Assembly: GCA_031409335.1 (NCBI GenBank)
Contig: JANNWY010000069.1
Span: 1-16,165, forward strand
Length of the DNA stretch: 16,165 nt
DNA from: Chthoniobacteraceae bacterium
GTDB lineage: Bacteria; Verrucomicrobiota; Verrucomicrobiia; Chthoniobacterales; Chthoniobacteraceae
Direction: 5' to 3'
Numbering within the stretch: position 1 is the first letter of the stretch; each line of letters opens with the position of its first letter. Position numbers and translations under genes: made by a program. Shown piece after piece: positions 15,613-16,165 of the stretch. Under the pieces are notes generated by a model. The model did not search any database, was not told the DNA's origin, and saw only the letters and a program-made list of their open reading frames with translations.

Positions 15613-16005
15613 TCATTCCCGGGTAGAAAATCCACCTTCCTCGACCCGGCCCCGGTTTCTGCTCGATCTATAAAACACTGCCGATGAGGAATCTTGGCGG
15701 TTCGATGCTCGTATCTTGCCATTGTCCCAACGCCAAATATACGCGCCAATTCCTTCAGAATAATCGCTAGCACGATAGAGTCGGAGATCGATGCGCCGGT
15801 CTCTTAAGACAATGTATTTGGTGGTCAGCGATATTCTGGATCCAGGTGGAAGTTCCCGGATTGAAAAAGAAATCTGGCCATTTTGAACTTCTAATGTCCC
15901 ATTTGTTCTTGAAATGAAACGCCCATCAGGAATTCGGTCTTTCAAGCTGGCGCAACTCGCAAACGACGCCGCTAAGCAACCCGCGATTAGAAGACGAATG
16001 TTCAT
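15613..16005 (-). CDS. Hypothetical small lipoprotein (130 aa)
   Basis: MNIRLLIAGCLAASFASC signal peptide II followed by a beta-rich mature part. Hand-counted GC is 26/60 at 15841-15900 and 28/60 at 15901-15960. Confidence 0.72.
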   Translation of the reverse strand: MNIRLLIAGCLAASFASCASLKDRIPDGRFISRTNGTLEVQNGQISFSIRELPPGSRISLTTKYIVLRDRRIDLRLYRASDYSEGIGAYIWRWDNGKIRASNRQDSSSAVFYRSSRNRGRVEEGGFSTRE

Positions 16006-16027
16006 TGGCGACTATGGATACTGTCCC

Positions 16028-16165
16028 GAATGGCATTAAGTTAAGCGTCCTTTTGGATAAGTATGCGTGGCCGGTTTCGATGGGGTGGAACACGCATCTC
16101 CGCTCTTGGCTTGGTTAGTAAGTGATAGTTCTTCGCGCGGCGCTTCTTTGCGCGCGGTTCGCTGC
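16028..16165 (-). mobile_element. Right end of an IS4-family insertion sequence (partial; continues beyond the window)
   Basis: Terminal 18-mer GAATGGCATTAAGTTAAG (16028-16045) resembles the IS4 terminal IR as I recall it (TAATGCCGATCAGTTAAG). The transposase-like ORF stop lies within it. Confidence 0.72.
16041..16163 (-). CDS. IS4-family transposase, C-terminal 40 aa (5'-partial)
   Basis: Minus frame reads SEPRAKKRRAKNYHLLTKPRAEMRVPPHRNRPRILIQKDA*, matching the basic EPRxxKRRxKxYxLLTKPR tail seen in IS4-family transposases. Not in the ORF track because there is no start in the window. Confidence 0.72.
   Translation of the reverse strand, partial: SEPRAKKRRAKNYHLLTKPRAEMRVPPHRNRPRILIQKDA

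Overview
GC-rich bacterial chromosomal window. The gene content (DUF1553 protein, UVR-motif helical protein, intergenic hepta-/hexamer inverted repeats) suggests the PVC superphylum, probably Verrucomicrobia; this is inference. Left to right: 3' end of a DUF1553-type protein, a ~100-bp REPIN-like double palindrome, thioredoxin reductase (trxB) and a decayed LuxR/NarL-type regulator remnant. A minus-strand operon follows (UVR-motif protein, peptide ABC substrate-binding lipoprotein, two permeases, one ATPase, rhomboid protease). Next come a DUF2007/zinc-ribbon protein, a GTPase-fold/DUF697 protein with degenerate G motifs, a hexamer inverted repeat, bcp peroxiredoxin and a ~1160-aa PPi-dependent PEP carboxykinase. 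The window ends with a lower-GC islet of two orphan lipoproteins and the right end of an IS4-family element that the ORF track misses. Most of this is housekeeping. The most unusual points are: (i) a 7-bp tandem/inverted repeat element that encodes part of the ABC lipoprotein signal peptide, a possible frameshift switch; (ii) a doubly anchored binding protein co-operonic with a rhomboid protease; (iii) the apparent pseudo-GTPase. No clearly new multi-gene system can be proven from the sequence alone.
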